Origin: Fibrobacterota bacterium
Lineage (GTDB): Bacteria; Fibrobacterota; Fibrobacteria; UBA11236
Assembly: GCA_043753995.1 (NCBI GenBank)
Contig: JAYUVP010000274.1
Coordinates: 1 to 39,886 of the forward strand
Direction of reading: 5' to 3'
Length of the DNA: 39,886 bases
Shown: positions 19,301 to 29,669 of the stretch, in pieces
Layout: each line of letters starts with the position of its first letter
How positions within the stretch are numbered: position 1 is the stretch's first letter
Translations under genes and position numbers: made by a program
The notes under the pieces: generated by a model
The model's database searches: none
What the model was told of the DNA's origin: nothing
The model's input: only the letters and a program-made list of their open reading frames with translations

Positions 19301-19682
19301 GCTTTCGGCGCTCATAGGCGCGGTCGGCACTCGTCGCCACCCACCATCCCAACAAAACCCCTAAGGCATCGGCGAGCCAGTCATCCATTCCGGCCATGCG
19401 ACCGGGAATGAAAACCTGGTGCAATTCATCGCTGAGGCCAAAAGCCCAACCGATGGCCAAGGTCGGCCATTCCCAGCCTTGATTTCGGCACGCGCGAAGG
19501 CGAAAGCGCCAACGCAAGGCGATGCCCAGCAAGGCATAGGCACTGAGATGCGCCACCTTATCGCTGCCGAAAAAATCGGGCAGGGGCACGTCCTTGCCTG
19601 GCAGGGAACTGGCTGTGAAAATCGCCACCATTACCGCGAAGCTTGGCAGCCAGGGTAGGCATTTACGAACCCAGGTTTTCAT
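19272..19682 (-). CDS. VanZ family membrane protein
   Basis: 'DKVAHLSAYALLG', 'SDELHQVFIPGR', 'DWLADALG'. Confidence 0.9.
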   Translation of the reverse strand: MKTWVRKCLPWLPSFAVMVAIFTASSLPGKDVPLPDFFGSDKVAHLSAYALLGIALRWRFRLRACRNQGWEWPTLAIGWAFGLSDELHQVFIPGRMAGMDDWLADALGVLLGWWVATSADRAYERRKLSENSSARD

Positions 19683-20716
19683 GGAAGACTACGCGCTCGC
19701 AAGCGATAAGCACCGCCCATGGCTATGTCTACGGAAAGACTACAAGCCGGATTGCCCAATTTCAGGGCGGGCAGCCAATCGGGGCGCTTGGCTTTCTTGC
19801 CCATGAAGCGCTGAAAATCTTCCGATGGAATTAAGCCGGTATTCAGCTTGGTGAAAGCCCAGGAAGGTTGCTTGAATACGCAGGACGAAGCCTGCGCCAA
19901 CTGCGCCAGAAAAACCTGGGCTTCCCCGAAGAGTATGCGCGATAAATCTTGGCCATAGGTATTTTCGGATCCCGGAGCGGCATGGGCCATGGCTTCGGCC
20001 ACGTCCTGCAGGGGATCGCCGTCTTGCCACCAAGCCCACCAAATCAGGCCTTTTTGCGTAGGGGTAGAAGGCAATAGCGCCAGCAAACGACGGGGATTGT
20101 CTTCGGGGCTAAAGCATTGGGTTCCAGCGGGGATTTTTTCCCAATCTTTTGGACAGGAAATTTGCAGCCAATGGGAAAGGGTGTCCTGGCATGTTTTTCC
20201 ATCGGTTCGCAAGGCAATTGGCCCATCGGCTGCCGCTGGGGGAGTCGGCGACTCACGCCGAAAAACCAAAAAGAATTGTCCTGCTATTTCCCCTGAACCA
20301 GACCACCCCTGATCGCCGTCATAACCTTGTAGCAACCATTGCTGGACTAATCCGGGATAGAGCTTGGTTTCGAGACTGAGTGGGGCAGCATCGGGTAGGG
20401 CATGCCAGGTGCCACCGCCGCCAAAGGTTGCAGCCAAGTCGGAGAAGGACTCTTGGTCGAAAGGATTGGCCTGTTCATAGCGGGCTTCGGCAATCAAGCC
20501 CTGACGCCAGGTCAGGGTCAGGCGCAAGGAATCACCACCAGGATTCTTGGGCGCTTTCACCCATTGGCGAGGCTTGCCCTGCTCGCGTACGGTCACTTTG
20601 AAGTCGGCCTTCAAGTCGACGGTATCAGGTGACATCCAAGCCATGGGACGGCCTAGCAAGCCCAGCCCCGCCGCGGCGAGGAGGGCTGACCTCAAGGAAA
20701 TCGATGTAGCCGCCAC
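19679..20716 (-). CDS. Hypothetical, probably exported protein
   Basis: 345 aa, GTG start, signal-like N-terminus; ATGA overlap with the VanZ gene. Confidence 0.6.
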   Translation of the reverse strand: MAATSISLRSALLAAAGLGLLGRPMAWMSPDTVDLKADFKVTVREQGKPRQWVKAPKNPGGDSLRLTLTWRQGLIAEARYEQANPFDQESFSDLAATFGGGGTWHALPDAAPLSLETKLYPGLVQQWLLQGYDGDQGWSGSGEIAGQFFLVFRRESPTPPAAADGPIALRTDGKTCQDTLSHWLQISCPKDWEKIPAGTQCFSPEDNPRRLLALLPSTPTQKGLIWWAWWQDGDPLQDVAEAMAHAAPGSENTYGQDLSRILFGEAQVFLAQLAQASSCVFKQPSWAFTKLNTGLIPSEDFQRFMGKKAKRPDWLPALKLGNPACSLSVDIAMGGAYRLRARSLP

Positions 20717-20770
20717 GTTATCACTTTCGCGAGTATTCGAGAACGGCGCATCCTAGCTCAAATATCAAGC

Positions 20771-23371
20771 TCAGGTTTCCGGATCCGAAGGAATAGCACC
20801 GTCTTCGCCTTCTTCACTCTGTGGAGCTTCGCCTTCCAGGGCGGCATCGATTTCCGCTTGATTATCTGGGATGGCCTCGGCCGCCGCAGCGGCGAATTCG
20901 GCCTTACGGGCTTCTGCCGTTTCCAAAGCCGTAGGGTCGACGTCTTCCGCTTCGACTATGGCCACGTCAATGACTTGATCATTGTCGTTGAGGCGAATCA
21001 CACGCACGCCCTGAGTGTCTCGCCCGATGAGGCTGATGACTTCAACGGCAAGGCGAATGACAAGGCCCTCACGAGTGATGACGAGAAGCTGCTGATCTTG
21101 CCGCACGGTGGCGATGCAAACCGCGCTGCCGTTCTTGTCGGTGACCTTGATATTGCGCACGCCCTTGCCGCCGCGATTGGTGACGCGATATTCGTCCGGT
21201 TCGGTGCGCTTGCCATAGCCGAGTTCGGTGATGGTGAGCACCGTACTGCCGCGTTCGAGAACCACCATGCCTATCACTTCATCCTCAGCTTCCAGGCTTA
21301 TGCCGCGCACACCGCGTGTGCCGCGTCCCATTTGGCGGAACTTGCCCATGGAAAAGCGAATGGCCTGGCCTTGGCGTGAGCCAATCATCAAATCATCCGC
21401 TTGCGAGGCGAGAGCCACTTGCACCAAGCTGTCGCCTTCGTCCAGGGAGATGGCATTGATGCCAGCCGCGCGCGGCCTTGAAAAAGCTTCGAGGGCCATT
21501 TTATTGATGGTGCCGCGGCGTGTTACCAAGGCTACGGATCGGCTATCGGTGAAGTCGCGCACAGGCACGAAGGCCGACACTTTTTCGCCTTCGGCGAGTT
21601 GAATCAAATTCACCAAGGCCTTGCCCTTGCTGGTGCGCGATCCTTCAGGGATTGTGTAAACACGTATCCAATGACAACGGCCTAGATTGGTGAACACGAG
21701 CACATAGCCATGCGTCCAGGCAATGAAAAGGTGCTCGACGAAATCCTCTTCTTTGAGACCCGTCGCCGAGATGCCTTTGCCTCCACGACCTTGGGTCTTG
21801 TAGGTGTCGGTGGGTATGCGTTTGATATATCCCGTATGCGACACGGTGATCACCATGGGCTCATTGGGAATGAGATCGAGATAGGTGATATCGTCGGCGG
21901 CTTCGAGAATTTCGGTGCGGCGTTCATCGCCGAATTTATCGACGAGTAGCTGCAATTCGCTGGAGATGATTCCCTTGCGACGGTCTTGGTCGGCGATGAT
22001 GGCGCTCAACTCGGCAATCAGGGCGGTGATGGCGCGGTATTCGTCCTCGATTTTTTCGCGCTCCAGGCCGGTAAGGCGCTGCAGGCGCATTTCCAGAATG
22101 GCATCCGCTTGTTTTTCGCTGAGTCCGAATTGGGACATGAGGCCGGTGCGCGCCTCGCCCGCGTCGGCACTGGCGCGAATCAAGGTGATGATGGCGTCGA
22201 TATGATCGAGGGCAATCCGTAGGCCTTCCAGGATATGGGCGCGATCTTGGGCCTTGCGTAAATCGAATTGGGTGCGCCGTAAAATCACATCATGGCGATG
22301 CTCGATGAAATACTTGATGAGGTCGCGCAGGGGCAAGGTGCGCGGCTGGCCATTCACCAAGGCCAGGTTGTGTATCGAAAAGGTTTCCTGCAATTGCGTG
22401 TGCTTGTACAAAGCATTCAGCACGACTTCAGGAAAGGCATCGCGCTTGAGCTCAATGATGATGCTCATGCCATTGCGATCGCTTTCGTCACGCAAATCGG
22501 AAATGCCTTCGACGATTTTGTCGCGTACCAAGGAGGCCATTTTCTCCAGCAAGGTGCTTTTATTCACCTGATAGGGGATGGCCGTAACTTCGATGCGATT
22601 GCGTCCGTCTTTTTCCAGGATTTCGCAGCGGGCGCGCACCAAGACGCGTCCACGACCGGTGAGATAGGCGGAGCGAATGCCATTGCGCCCGAAAATGATA
22701 CCGCCGGTGGGGAAGTCCGGTCCTGTCACGATTTGCAACAATTCTTCATCCGGCAAATCGGGATTCTGTATCATGGCCTGGCAGGCCTTGACGATTTCCC
22801 GCAAATTGTGGGGAGGCACATTGGTGGCCATGCCGACGGCGATGCCCGTGCTGCCATTGACCAGCAAGTTGGGAAAGGCCGAAGGCAAAACCGTGGGCTC
22901 CTCCTGCGAACCGTCATAGTTCGGAACAAAATTGACGGTTTCCTTTTCCAAATCTTGCAGCATGAATTCGGCGAATTGCGTCATGCGCGCTTCGGTATAA
23001 CGCATGGCCGCAGGTGGATCGCCGTCGATGGAACCGAAATTTCCCTGCCCGTCCACAATGCGATAACGCATCGAGAAATCTTGGGCCATGCGCACCAGAG
23101 TCTCGTAAATGGCCGAGTCGCCATGGGGATGGTATTTGGCCATCACTTCACCGACGATATTGGCCGACTTCTTATACGGCTTTTCGGGGCGCAAGCCGAT
23201 ATTGTCCATACCGTAAAGAATGCGGCGATGCACGGGTTTGAGGCCGTCTCTCACGTCCGGCAGGGCGCGAGCTACAATGACCGACATCGAATAACGCAAA
23301 TAGGAGGTTTTCATCTCCTGTTCGATGTCAGCGTCGACGATTTTTCCGGATCCGAGAATGGGTTCGGACAT
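20771..23371 (-). CDS. gyrA: DNA gyrase subunit A
   Basis: '[16 protein letters not shown]', 'YHPHGDS', catalytic 'AAMRYTE', GyrA-box QGRGGKG, acidic tail; SD GAGGAG before ATG 23371. Confidence 0.98.
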   Translation of the reverse strand: MSEPILGSGKIVDADIEQEMKTSYLRYSMSVIVARALPDVRDGLKPVHRRILYGMDNIGLRPEKPYKKSANIVGEVMAKYHPHGDSAIYETLVRMAQDFSMRYRIVDGQGNFGSIDGDPPAAMRYTEARMTQFAEFMLQDLEKETVNFVPNYDGSQEEPTVLPSAFPNLLVNGSTGIAVGMATNVPPHNLREIVKACQAMIQNPDLPDEELLQIVTGPDFPTGGIIFGRNGIRSAYLTGRGRVLVRARCEILEKDGRNRIEVTAIPYQVNKSTLLEKMASLVRDKIVEGISDLRDESDRNGMSIIIELKRDAFPEVVLNALYKHTQLQETFSIHNLALVNGQPRTLPLRDLIKYFIEHRHDVILRRTQFDLRKAQDRAHILEGLRIALDHIDAIITLIRASADAGEARTGLMSQFGLSEKQADAILEMRLQRLTGLEREKIEDEYRAITALIAELSAIIADQDRRKGIISSELQLLVDKFGDERRTEILEAADDITYLDLIPNEPMVITVSHTGYIKRIPTDTYKTQGRGGKGISATGLKEEDFVEHLFIAWTHGYVLVFTNLGRCHWIRVYTIPEGSRTSKGKALVNLIQLAEGEKVSAFVPVRDFTDSRSVALVTRRGTINKMALEAFSRPRAAGINAISLDEGDSLVQVALASQADDLMIGSRQGQAIRFSMGKFRQMGRGTRGVRGISLEAEDEVIGMVVLERGSTVLTITELGYGKRTEPDEYRVTNRGGKGVRNIKVTDKNGSAVCIATVRQDQQLLVITREGLVIRLAVEVISLIGRDTQGVRVIRLNDNDQVIDVAIVEAEDVDPTALETAEARKAEFAAAAAEAIPDNQAEIDAALEGEAPQSEEGEDGAIPSDPET

Positions 23372-23382
23372 GCGTCTACTCC

Positions 23383-24177
23383 TCAAGCAAGGGGCCGTGA
23401 GGCCCGTGTGATAGTGTCAAGTGCTTCTTGGCGGGCCTGCAGCCTGGCCACGGCCTCGGGATAAAATTGGGCGATGCGCATGGGCACAATGGCGATATGG
23501 TTTTCCTGCAAGGCCTTATCGTCGGTGCCGACCGCGAAACGCTGGCCGGGTTTGTGGCCTTCCAGGCGATATCCGGTGACGCCATGGTCGTCGACCACAG
23601 GCACATAGGCATCCGAGAACATGACTTCGCTCATGGAGGCGAAGCGCGCGCCAGCCACTTCGGATACCGGGCAAGCCGGAAAATTGATATTGAAAAATTC
23701 CCCAGGCCTAGGCAGCAAATCCGGCTGGGTAAGAAAGGCGCAAAGCCAAGCCAAGGAATGCTCTAAGTGCGCCGGAGTGTGATGCCAGAGGCTAAGGGCC
23801 AAGCCCGGAATGCCCCATAGCGCGCCTTCGCGGGCAGCGGCAACGGTGCCAGAGTAGATGCTGCTAATGCCAGCGTTTTCACCCAAATTGATGCCTGAAA
23901 TCACCATGTCGAAAGGCTGGCTGCGAAATAAATGGCTGATGGCAAATTTTACGCAATCACTGGGTGTGCCTTGTACCTGAAAGGCTGGAAAGGAGGTGTC
24001 TTTTTCCTCGCGATAATGCAGCAGGCGATGTGGCCCATGGGTGAAGCTATGCGATTTGCCGCTTTGATCGACCGAGGGTGCCACCACGACGATTTCATGG
24101 TCTTTGGACAAGCCTTCGGCCACGCGGTACAGGACCGGGCTTAAAATGCCGTCGTCATTGGTTAGGAGCAGTCGCAT
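23383..24177 (-). CDS. surE: 5'/3'-nucleotidase SurE
   Basis: 'LLTNDDG', 'VVAP..DQSG', 'GTPSDCV', '[19 protein letters not shown]'. Confidence 0.95.
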   Translation of the reverse strand: MRLLLTNDDGILSPVLYRVAEGLSKDHEIVVVAPSVDQSGKSHSFTHGPHRLLHYREEKDTSFPAFQVQGTPSDCVKFAISHLFRSQPFDMVISGINLGENAGISSIYSGTVAAAREGALWGIPGLALSLWHHTPAHLEHSLAWLCAFLTQPDLLPRPGEFFNINFPACPVSEVAGARFASMSEVMFSDAYVPVVDDHGVTGYRLEGHKPGQRFAVGTDDKALQENHIAIVPMRIAQFYPEAVARLQARQEALDTITRASRPLA

Positions 24178-24300
24178 CAAGGCTTTTTGAAGGTGCCCAA
24201 ATCTAGGTTTTTCTAGCTCCGGCGGCAGGTTTTTAGGGCTTAATTCCGTGCCGAGCTATCTTTACTTTCCTTCCTTTGAAATCAACCTTCGAGCCTTATC

Positions 24301-25602
24301 ATGGCCTATAGCGGCAACTTGCAGCCCCCCAAGGGCACGCGTGATTTTTTTCCTGACGATATGCGGGTGCAAAATCATCTTTTTCAGAACTGGCGTAAGG
24401 TATGCCAAGCCTTTGGTTTTGAAGAATATGAAGGCCCAACCTTCGAGCATTTAGACCTGTATACCGGCAAGTCGGGAACTGAAATCGTCGGTCAGCTTTA
24501 TCACTTCGTCGATAAGGGCGGACGTGACATTGCCTTACGGCCTGAATTGACGCCCACCTTGGCTCGCATGGTGAATCAAAAGGGCAGTGCCCTAAAATTG
24601 CCCATCAAATGGTTTTCTATGCCGCGCCTATTTCGCTATGAGAAAATGCAGCGCGGCCGCCTTCGTGAATTCTTCCAACTCAATATGGACATCATCGGCT
24701 GCGATTCCTTGTGGGCTGAAGTGGATTTGTTGAGCGCCATCACGGAAATGCTCCGAAGCTTCGGCCTAAGTCAAAAAGATTTTCGCATACGCGTGAGTAG
24801 CCGCCGCCTCCTCGCGGAAACCCTGGATTTGCTCGGAATTCCTGATTCCAGCAAGCCCGCCGTTTATGCCGCACTCGACAAGCGAGAGAAAGTTCCGGCC
24901 GAGGTTTTCGCCCAATATTTGCGGGATGCGGGCTTGGATGATGCCTCCCAAAACGACTTAGGTGAAGTTTTTTCCAGTTCCGGTCTCGAACCTTTGCGCC
25001 TCGCCTTGGAAAACGTGGCTGCCAAGCGTGCCTTGAGCTCGGAATTCACGGGTCTGAAAGACTTAGCCTGGCTGCTGCAAACCCTTGGGGATTTGGGCTA
25101 TGGTGATTTCGTCGAACTCGACCTTTCCGTGGTGCGCGGCCTAGCTTACTACACCGGCATCGTTTTCGAAGTGTATGACGCGGGCAAATCCATGCGGGCC
25201 ATTGCCGGCGGCGGCCGCTACGACAACTTGTTGGAGAATCTCGGTGGCCGCGCCATGAGCGGCGTGGGTTTCGGCATGGGTGATGTCGTCATCGCCGATT
25301 TGTTGCAAGAAAAAGGCTTGCTTCCAGCAGCCAATGCTCGCCGTCTCGATTTTTTCGTGGCCACTTTCGGCGATGCGGACAAAGAGGCTTTTCGCGTAGC
25401 TCAGAGCCTGCGGGCACGAGGCTTCACCGCAATGTGCTCTATCACCGGAGGCAAGCTGAAAAAGCAAATGGCGCAGGCCGATGAGGCTGGCGCGCGCAAG
25501 GTGATTTTCATCGGCTCGGACAAGGCACCTGCCGGCCATTTTGAGGTCAAGGACTTGACCACGGGCGATCAGTCCATTCTTTCACTTGAGGCTTTGGGGT
25601 AA
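24301..25602 (+). CDS. hisS: Histidine--tRNA ligase
   Basis: 'PKGTRDF', 'LRPELTP', 'FRYEKMQRGRLREFFQ', 'VRGLAYYTG', 'GGGRYD'. Confidence 0.97.
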   Translation: MAYSGNLQPPKGTRDFFPDDMRVQNHLFQNWRKVCQAFGFEEYEGPTFEHLDLYTGKSGTEIVGQLYHFVDKGGRDIALRPELTPTLARMVNQKGSALKLPIKWFSMPRLFRYEKMQRGRLREFFQLNMDIIGCDSLWAEVDLLSAITEMLRSFGLSQKDFRIRVSSRRLLAETLDLLGIPDSSKPAVYAALDKREKVPAEVFAQYLRDAGLDDASQNDLGEVFSSSGLEPLRLALENVAAKRALSSEFTGLKDLAWLLQTLGDLGYGDFVELDLSVVRGLAYYTGIVFEVYDAGKSMRAIAGGGRYDNLLENLGGRAMSGVGFGMGDVVIADLLQEKGLLPAANARRLDFFVATFGDADKEAFRVAQSLRARGFTAMCSITGGKLKKQMAQADEAGARKVIFIGSDKAPAGHFEVKDLTTGDQSILSLEALG

Positions 25603-25605
25603 CCT

Positions 25606-26025
25606 ATGGATTACGGCGTGGGCGGAAACAGCTACGAAGGGCGGCAAGACCACATTCCCGATTTGAAAACCCCGGTCATCGAGGCCTGGGAATTTCAATA
25701 TCCCGGGAGCGATACGGATTTGACGGTAAATATTCCTGAATTCACCTGTGTATGCCCCAAAACGGGTTTGCCCGATTTTGCCACCTTGACCATAAGTTAT
25801 GCCCCTGATAAACTCTGTTTAGAGCTCAAAAGCCTCAAGGAATACATTCTCTTTTTCCGCGATGTGGGTATCTTTCACGAACACGTGGTGAACAAGATGC
25901 TGACCGATTGCTTTCAAGCCTGTAAACCTCTCCGCATGACTGTGGAAGGCGTTTTCAATGCTCGTGGCGGTATTCAAACCACGGCCGTGGCGCGTCTTTC
26001 CTCGTCGTCGTCGCGCTCTTCCTAA
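25606..26025 (+). CDS. queF: NADPH-dependent 7-cyano-7-deazaguanine reductase (unimodular QueF)
   Basis: 'PEFTCVCPKTGLPDFA', 'ELKSLKEY', 'GIFHEH', 'FNARGG'. Confidence 0.93.
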   Translation: MDYGVGGNSYEGRQDHIPDLKTPVIEAWEFQYPGSDTDLTVNIPEFTCVCPKTGLPDFATLTISYAPDKLCLELKSLKEYILFFRDVGIFHEHVVNKMLTDCFQACKPLRMTVEGVFNARGGIQTTAVARLSSSSSRSS

Positions 26026-26090
26026 CCACACCCTGCGGGCCGCTTTTGTCGTGCCGACCCGCTGGGGTCGGTGAGCACGGCAATGTCATA

Positions 26091-26253
26091 AGGGGACCTC
26101 TAAAAATCGGCTTTCGATAGCGAGGGCGAGCGAGAAGGTCACACGCAAGGCAGGCGAAGGCGCGATAATGATTGAATTATCGCAACTGAGCCTAACGAAG
26201 CGTGTGACCTTTGCAGCCGGCCGCAGCCGGAATGCGATTTTTAGAGGTCCCCT
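26091..26253. mobile_element. MITE-like element, 163 bp
   Basis: Perfect 19-bp terminal inverted repeats aggggacctctaaaaatcg / cgatttttagaggtcccct with nested internal inverted repeats; non-coding. Confidence 0.75.
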
Positions 26254-26297
26254 GTAACCGGTTGGCTAACTTTAGCCCGTAGAAGAAAGGATTCCTG

Positions 26298-27371
26298 ATG
26301 GCGAAGATTCACAATTTCAGCTCTGGCCCGGCCATACTCCCCCGCGAGGTGATGGAGGCAGGTTCGCGCGCCTGTCTCGATTTCAATGGCATCGGTTTGT
26401 CGCTGCTCGAAATCTCCCATCGCTCGAAGGAATTCGAAGCCGTTCTCGCCGAGGCCGTGAGCCTCGTCAAGGAATTGCTGGGCGTGCCCGATGGTTATTC
26501 GATTCTGTTCCTGCAAGGCGGGGCCAGCCTCCAATTTGCGCAAATCCCCATGAACTTGCTCGAAGCCGATGCTACCGCCGCTTATCTCGACACCGGGACT
26601 TGGGCGAATAAGGCTTTGAAAGAGGCCAAGCTTTTTGGCAATGTGAAAGTCGTGGCGACTTCGAAAGAACAGAATTACAACTTCATCCCCAAGCAATACG
26701 AAGTGCCCAAGGATGCGGTTTATTTTCACGTGACTTCGAACAACACCATTTTCGGAACGCAATTACAGGCTTTTCCGGCTTCGCCGGTGCCGCTTGTCGC
26801 CGACATGAGCAGCGATATTTTCAGCCGTCCCGTGGATGTGGCCAAGTTCGGCCTCATTTATGCGGGCGCGCAGAAAAATATGGGCATTGCTGGCACCACC
26901 CTCGTCATCGTGCGCGACGACATGTTGGGCAAGGTCAAACGCGTCATGCCGACCATGCTCGACTATCGCACCCATATCAAAGACGGCTCCATGCATAATA
27001 CCCCACCGGTATTCGCCATTTACATGGCCATGGAAACCCTGCGCTGGGTGAAAAATCGCGGCGGCGTCAAAGCCATGCAAATTCACAATGAGGCTAAAGC
27101 CCAAAAGCTTTATGCCGAAATCGACTCCAATCCTTTATTCAAAGGCACTTGTGCCGTCGAAGATCGTTCTCTCATGAACGTTACCTTCGTCCTGAATAAA
27201 CCCGAGTTGGAAGAGGCCTTCCTCAAGGAATGCAAGCCCGCCGGTTTATCGGGATTGAAGGGTCATCGCTCGGTCGGCGGTTTCCGCGCTTCGATTTACA
27301 ATGCCATGGAAATGGATGCCATCGACGCATTGACCGGTTTGATGAAGGATTTTGCCAAGCGCAATGCCTGA
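26298..27371 (+). CDS. serC: Phosphoserine aminotransferase
   Basis: 'HNFSSGPA', 'EISHRS', 'LQGGAS', 'DMSS', PLP-Lys 'GAQKNMG', '[15 protein letters not shown]'. Confidence 0.97.
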   Translation: MAKIHNFSSGPAILPREVMEAGSRACLDFNGIGLSLLEISHRSKEFEAVLAEAVSLVKELLGVPDGYSILFLQGGASLQFAQIPMNLLEADATAAYLDTGTWANKALKEAKLFGNVKVVATSKEQNYNFIPKQYEVPKDAVYFHVTSNNTIFGTQLQAFPASPVPLVADMSSDIFSRPVDVAKFGLIYAGAQKNMGIAGTTLVIVRDDMLGKVKRVMPTMLDYRTHIKDGSMHNTPPVFAIYMAMETLRWVKNRGGVKAMQIHNEAKAQKLYAEIDSNPLFKGTCAVEDRSLMNVTFVLNKPELEEAFLKECKPAGLSGLKGHRSVGGFRASIYNAMEMDAIDALTGLMKDFAKRNA

Positions 27372-27403
27372 TTGAGGCCTGGACGCCTTCACAACATTCG
27401 ATT

Positions 27404-27437
27404 AAACCCCCGATGGCCCGGCCTTCGGGGGTTTTTT
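27404..27437 (+). terminator. Intrinsic terminator after serC, possibly bidirectional
   Basis: aaacccccga-loop-tcgggggttt followed by a T run, between convergent serC and panC. Confidence 0.75.
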
Positions 27438-28276
27438 CATGGCAATAAAAAATTGTCGATGAGGCGGGTACGGCCGAAATAAACAGCCACAGCCAAAACC
27501 GAGGGACGAGTCAAAGCGATTTGCGGCCGCAAGGTTTCTTGATCGACGACTTCGATATAATCGATGCGGGTGGGATAGGAATCCATCACTTGCCGCAATA
27601 CCAAATCCTTCAAGCGATTGCCATTGCGCTCGCCGGAAGTGTATTCGGCGAAAGCCCTCATTAATCCTCGGCTTATAGCCGTCGCTCGCCGCTTTTCGCC
27701 TTCACTCAAATAGCGATTTCGCGAACTCATGGCGATACCGGTTTCCTCGCGCACGGTGGGGACAATTTGCAAGTCCACGGGGACGGCTAAATCGCGCACC
27801 ATGCGCCGCAAAATCAGAGCTTGTTGTATGTCTTTTTGCCCGAAAAAGGCCTGATGTGGAGCGACTAGATGGAAAAGCTTGAGCACGACGGTGCAGACGC
27901 CACGAAAATGGCCAGGCCTTGATGCCCCGCACAAGGAGGCATCCAAGCCGCCGACATCGACCGACGTGCTGTGATCGACGTTATAGAAGTCTTCAACTGA
28001 AGGGTGAAATAAAGCATCCACGCCAGCATCGGTAAGCAGGCGAATGTCCGCTTCAATGGGGCGAGGATAGCGATGAAAGTCTTCGTTCGGCCCGAATTGC
28101 AGGGGATTTACAAAAATGGAAACTACCGTCACGTCAGTGTGACTCTTGCTTTCGGCCATGAGATGCATGTGGCCTGCATGCAGGGCTCCCATGGTCGGCA
28201 CGAAACCCACCCTTTTCCCTGCGGGCAAGCCTTGGCGCCAAGCCTTCATTTCGGCGAGTGACTTCAGAATTTGCAT
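27437..28276 (-). CDS. panC: Pantoate--beta-alanine ligase
   Basis: 'FVPTMGALHAGH', 'SIFVNPLQF', 'RPGHFRGV', 'FGQKD', 'AMSSRN', 'RLIDN'. Confidence 0.97.
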   Translation of the reverse strand: MQILKSLAEMKAWRQGLPAGKRVGFVPTMGALHAGHMHLMAESKSHTDVTVVSIFVNPLQFGPNEDFHRYPRPIEADIRLLTDAGVDALFHPSVEDFYNVDHSTSVDVGGLDASLCGASRPGHFRGVCTVVLKLFHLVAPHQAFFGQKDIQQALILRRMVRDLAVPVDLQIVPTVREETGIAMSSRNRYLSEGEKRRATAISRGLMRAFAEYTSGERNGNRLKDLVLRQVMDSYPTRIDYIEVVDQETLRPQIALTRPSVLAVAVYFGRTRLIDNFLLP

Positions 28277-28313
28277 GGCTGTCCTAGAACTAAGTAAGGG
28301 CGCGTGGACGAGG

Positions 28314-29486
28314 TCAAACCGGACGGCCGGGACTGAAATAAGTCACGCCCTGGGGCGCCTTAACGATTTGCTGCACCAAGAGATTCAAGTCGTCGGGACG
28401 ACGTACGAAATCGATGTGATTGGTATTGACGATGAGCAAGGGCGATTCGGTGTAATGATGGAAATAGGTGTTATAGGCCTGATTCAAGGCCTCGATATAG
28501 CCCTCTTCCATATTGCGTTCGTAAAAGCGATCACGCATGCGGATACGGCTCATCAAGGTTTTCGTATCGGCCTGCAGGTAAATGACATAGTCGGGACGCG
28601 GCAATTGCCGCTCGACCAAGTCAGCCAGCCTTTGATACAGCCCCATTTCGTTTTCGTCGAGATTCAAAGTGGCGAAAATACGGTCTTTTGCGAACATATA
28701 ATCGCTGAGCACTTGGGGACGGAAAAGGTCTTGCTGCTGAAACATGTCCTGAATTTGGCGATGACGAGACAGCAGGAAAAACATCTGAGTTTGAAAGGCA
28801 TGCCGGGCGCGGTCGCGATAGAATTCAGAAAGGAAAGGATTATTTTCGAATTCTTCCAGCAGGGGTTGGCAACCCAGTCTTTCCGCGAGGGCCCGGACCA
28901 AGGTCGTTTTGCCTGCGCCGATGACCCCTTCAATGGCCAAATAGCGGACTTGCTCCGGCAGGCGTTGGGTGGATGTCGGCATGGGCTTGTATTCGCGCAT
29001 TTCCAAATGGCCGTGGCGATCGATGGCTTGTTCCAGCAATCGCTTGACGGTTTCGCTTTGTCCAGGCAGGACATAGTCGGGATCAAGCGTCACCAAGGGC
29101 AAGAGCACGAATTGACGTTCGCTGGCGGCGGGGTGGGGGACCACCAAGTCGGGAAAATGAAAGACTTCGCGACCGAAGGCTATCATGTCGATGTCGATTT
29201 CACGGGGTTGCCAACGGCCCCTAGGCAAACGTCCTAAATCACGCTCAGCCTTTTGGCAGAACTGAAACAAGGCACGCGGGTCTAGGCGCGTGTAAAATCG
29301 GACACATAGGTTGAGATAACGCTCTTGTGGGGTTGGCCCGACAGGAGAGGTTTCATAAACCCGAGACGTCTCAATGGGGGAATCAGCAATGCTGCGCAGG
29401 GTTTCAATAGCCTTGCGCAAATAATTCTCACGGTCCCCGACATTACTGCCTAGGGCTAAAACAACCTGGGAACCACGATAAGGCAT
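28314..29486 (-). CDS. folK: Fusion of HPPK (FolK) and a deoxynucleoside kinase
   Basis: N-half 'ALGSNVGDR', 'PREIDID', 'VPHP..ERQFVLLPL'; C-half 'AIEGVIGAGKTT', 'FQTQMFFLLSR', 'PDYVIYL'. Confidence 0.92.
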   Translation of the reverse strand: MPYRGSQVVLALGSNVGDRENYLRKAIETLRSIADSPIETSRVYETSPVGPTPQERYLNLCVRFYTRLDPRALFQFCQKAERDLGRLPRGRWQPREIDIDMIAFGREVFHFPDLVVPHPAASERQFVLLPLVTLDPDYVLPGQSETVKRLLEQAIDRHGHLEMREYKPMPTSTQRLPEQVRYLAIEGVIGAGKTTLVRALAERLGCQPLLEEFENNPFLSEFYRDRARHAFQTQMFFLLSRHRQIQDMFQQQDLFRPQVLSDYMFAKDRIFATLNLDENEMGLYQRLADLVERQLPRPDYVIYLQADTKTLMSRIRMRDRFYERNMEEGYIEALNQAYNTYFHHYTESPLLIVNTNHIDFVRRPDDLNLLVQQIVKAPQGVTYFSPGRPV

Positions 29487-29499
29487 GGCCGGGACAAGG

Positions 29500-29514
29500 T
29501 AGAATATCTATAAT
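29500..29514 (+). promoter_or_regulatory. Putative -10 elements (TAGAAT, TATAAT) in the folK/rho divergent region
   Basis: Short AT-rich island; TATAAT at 29509-29514, TATTCT on the minus strand at 29501-29506. Confidence 0.4.
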
Positions 29515-29669
29515 TAGACAACGATTTTCGCAGCCGTCTGATCCATGACTTGATCTGACATCTTCCCATCAATCAGTCAATCACTCGGTTCAACCACCTC
29601 ACTCGACCCACCTGGATTGCTTAGGTCGCCGGATCGCATCGCTTCCCAGCCTGCGCTTACCTGCTAAAC

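Noticed and set aside
19272..19682. VanZ as evidence of glycopeptide resistance
   Set aside because: VanZ-like proteins are widespread and no van cluster is present
22292..23464. 390-aa ORF antisense to gyrA
   Set aside because: Shadow ORF from codon bias in a GC-rich gene; no motifs
26048..26081. Hairpin gtcgtg-ccgaccc..gggtcgg..cacggc after queF, as terminator or preQ1 riboswitch
   Set aside because: No U-tract, and it lies downstream of queF without preQ1 consensus
28146..29237. 363-aa ORF antisense to folK-dnk and panC
   Set aside because: Shadow ORF; the opposite strand carries clear conserved genes
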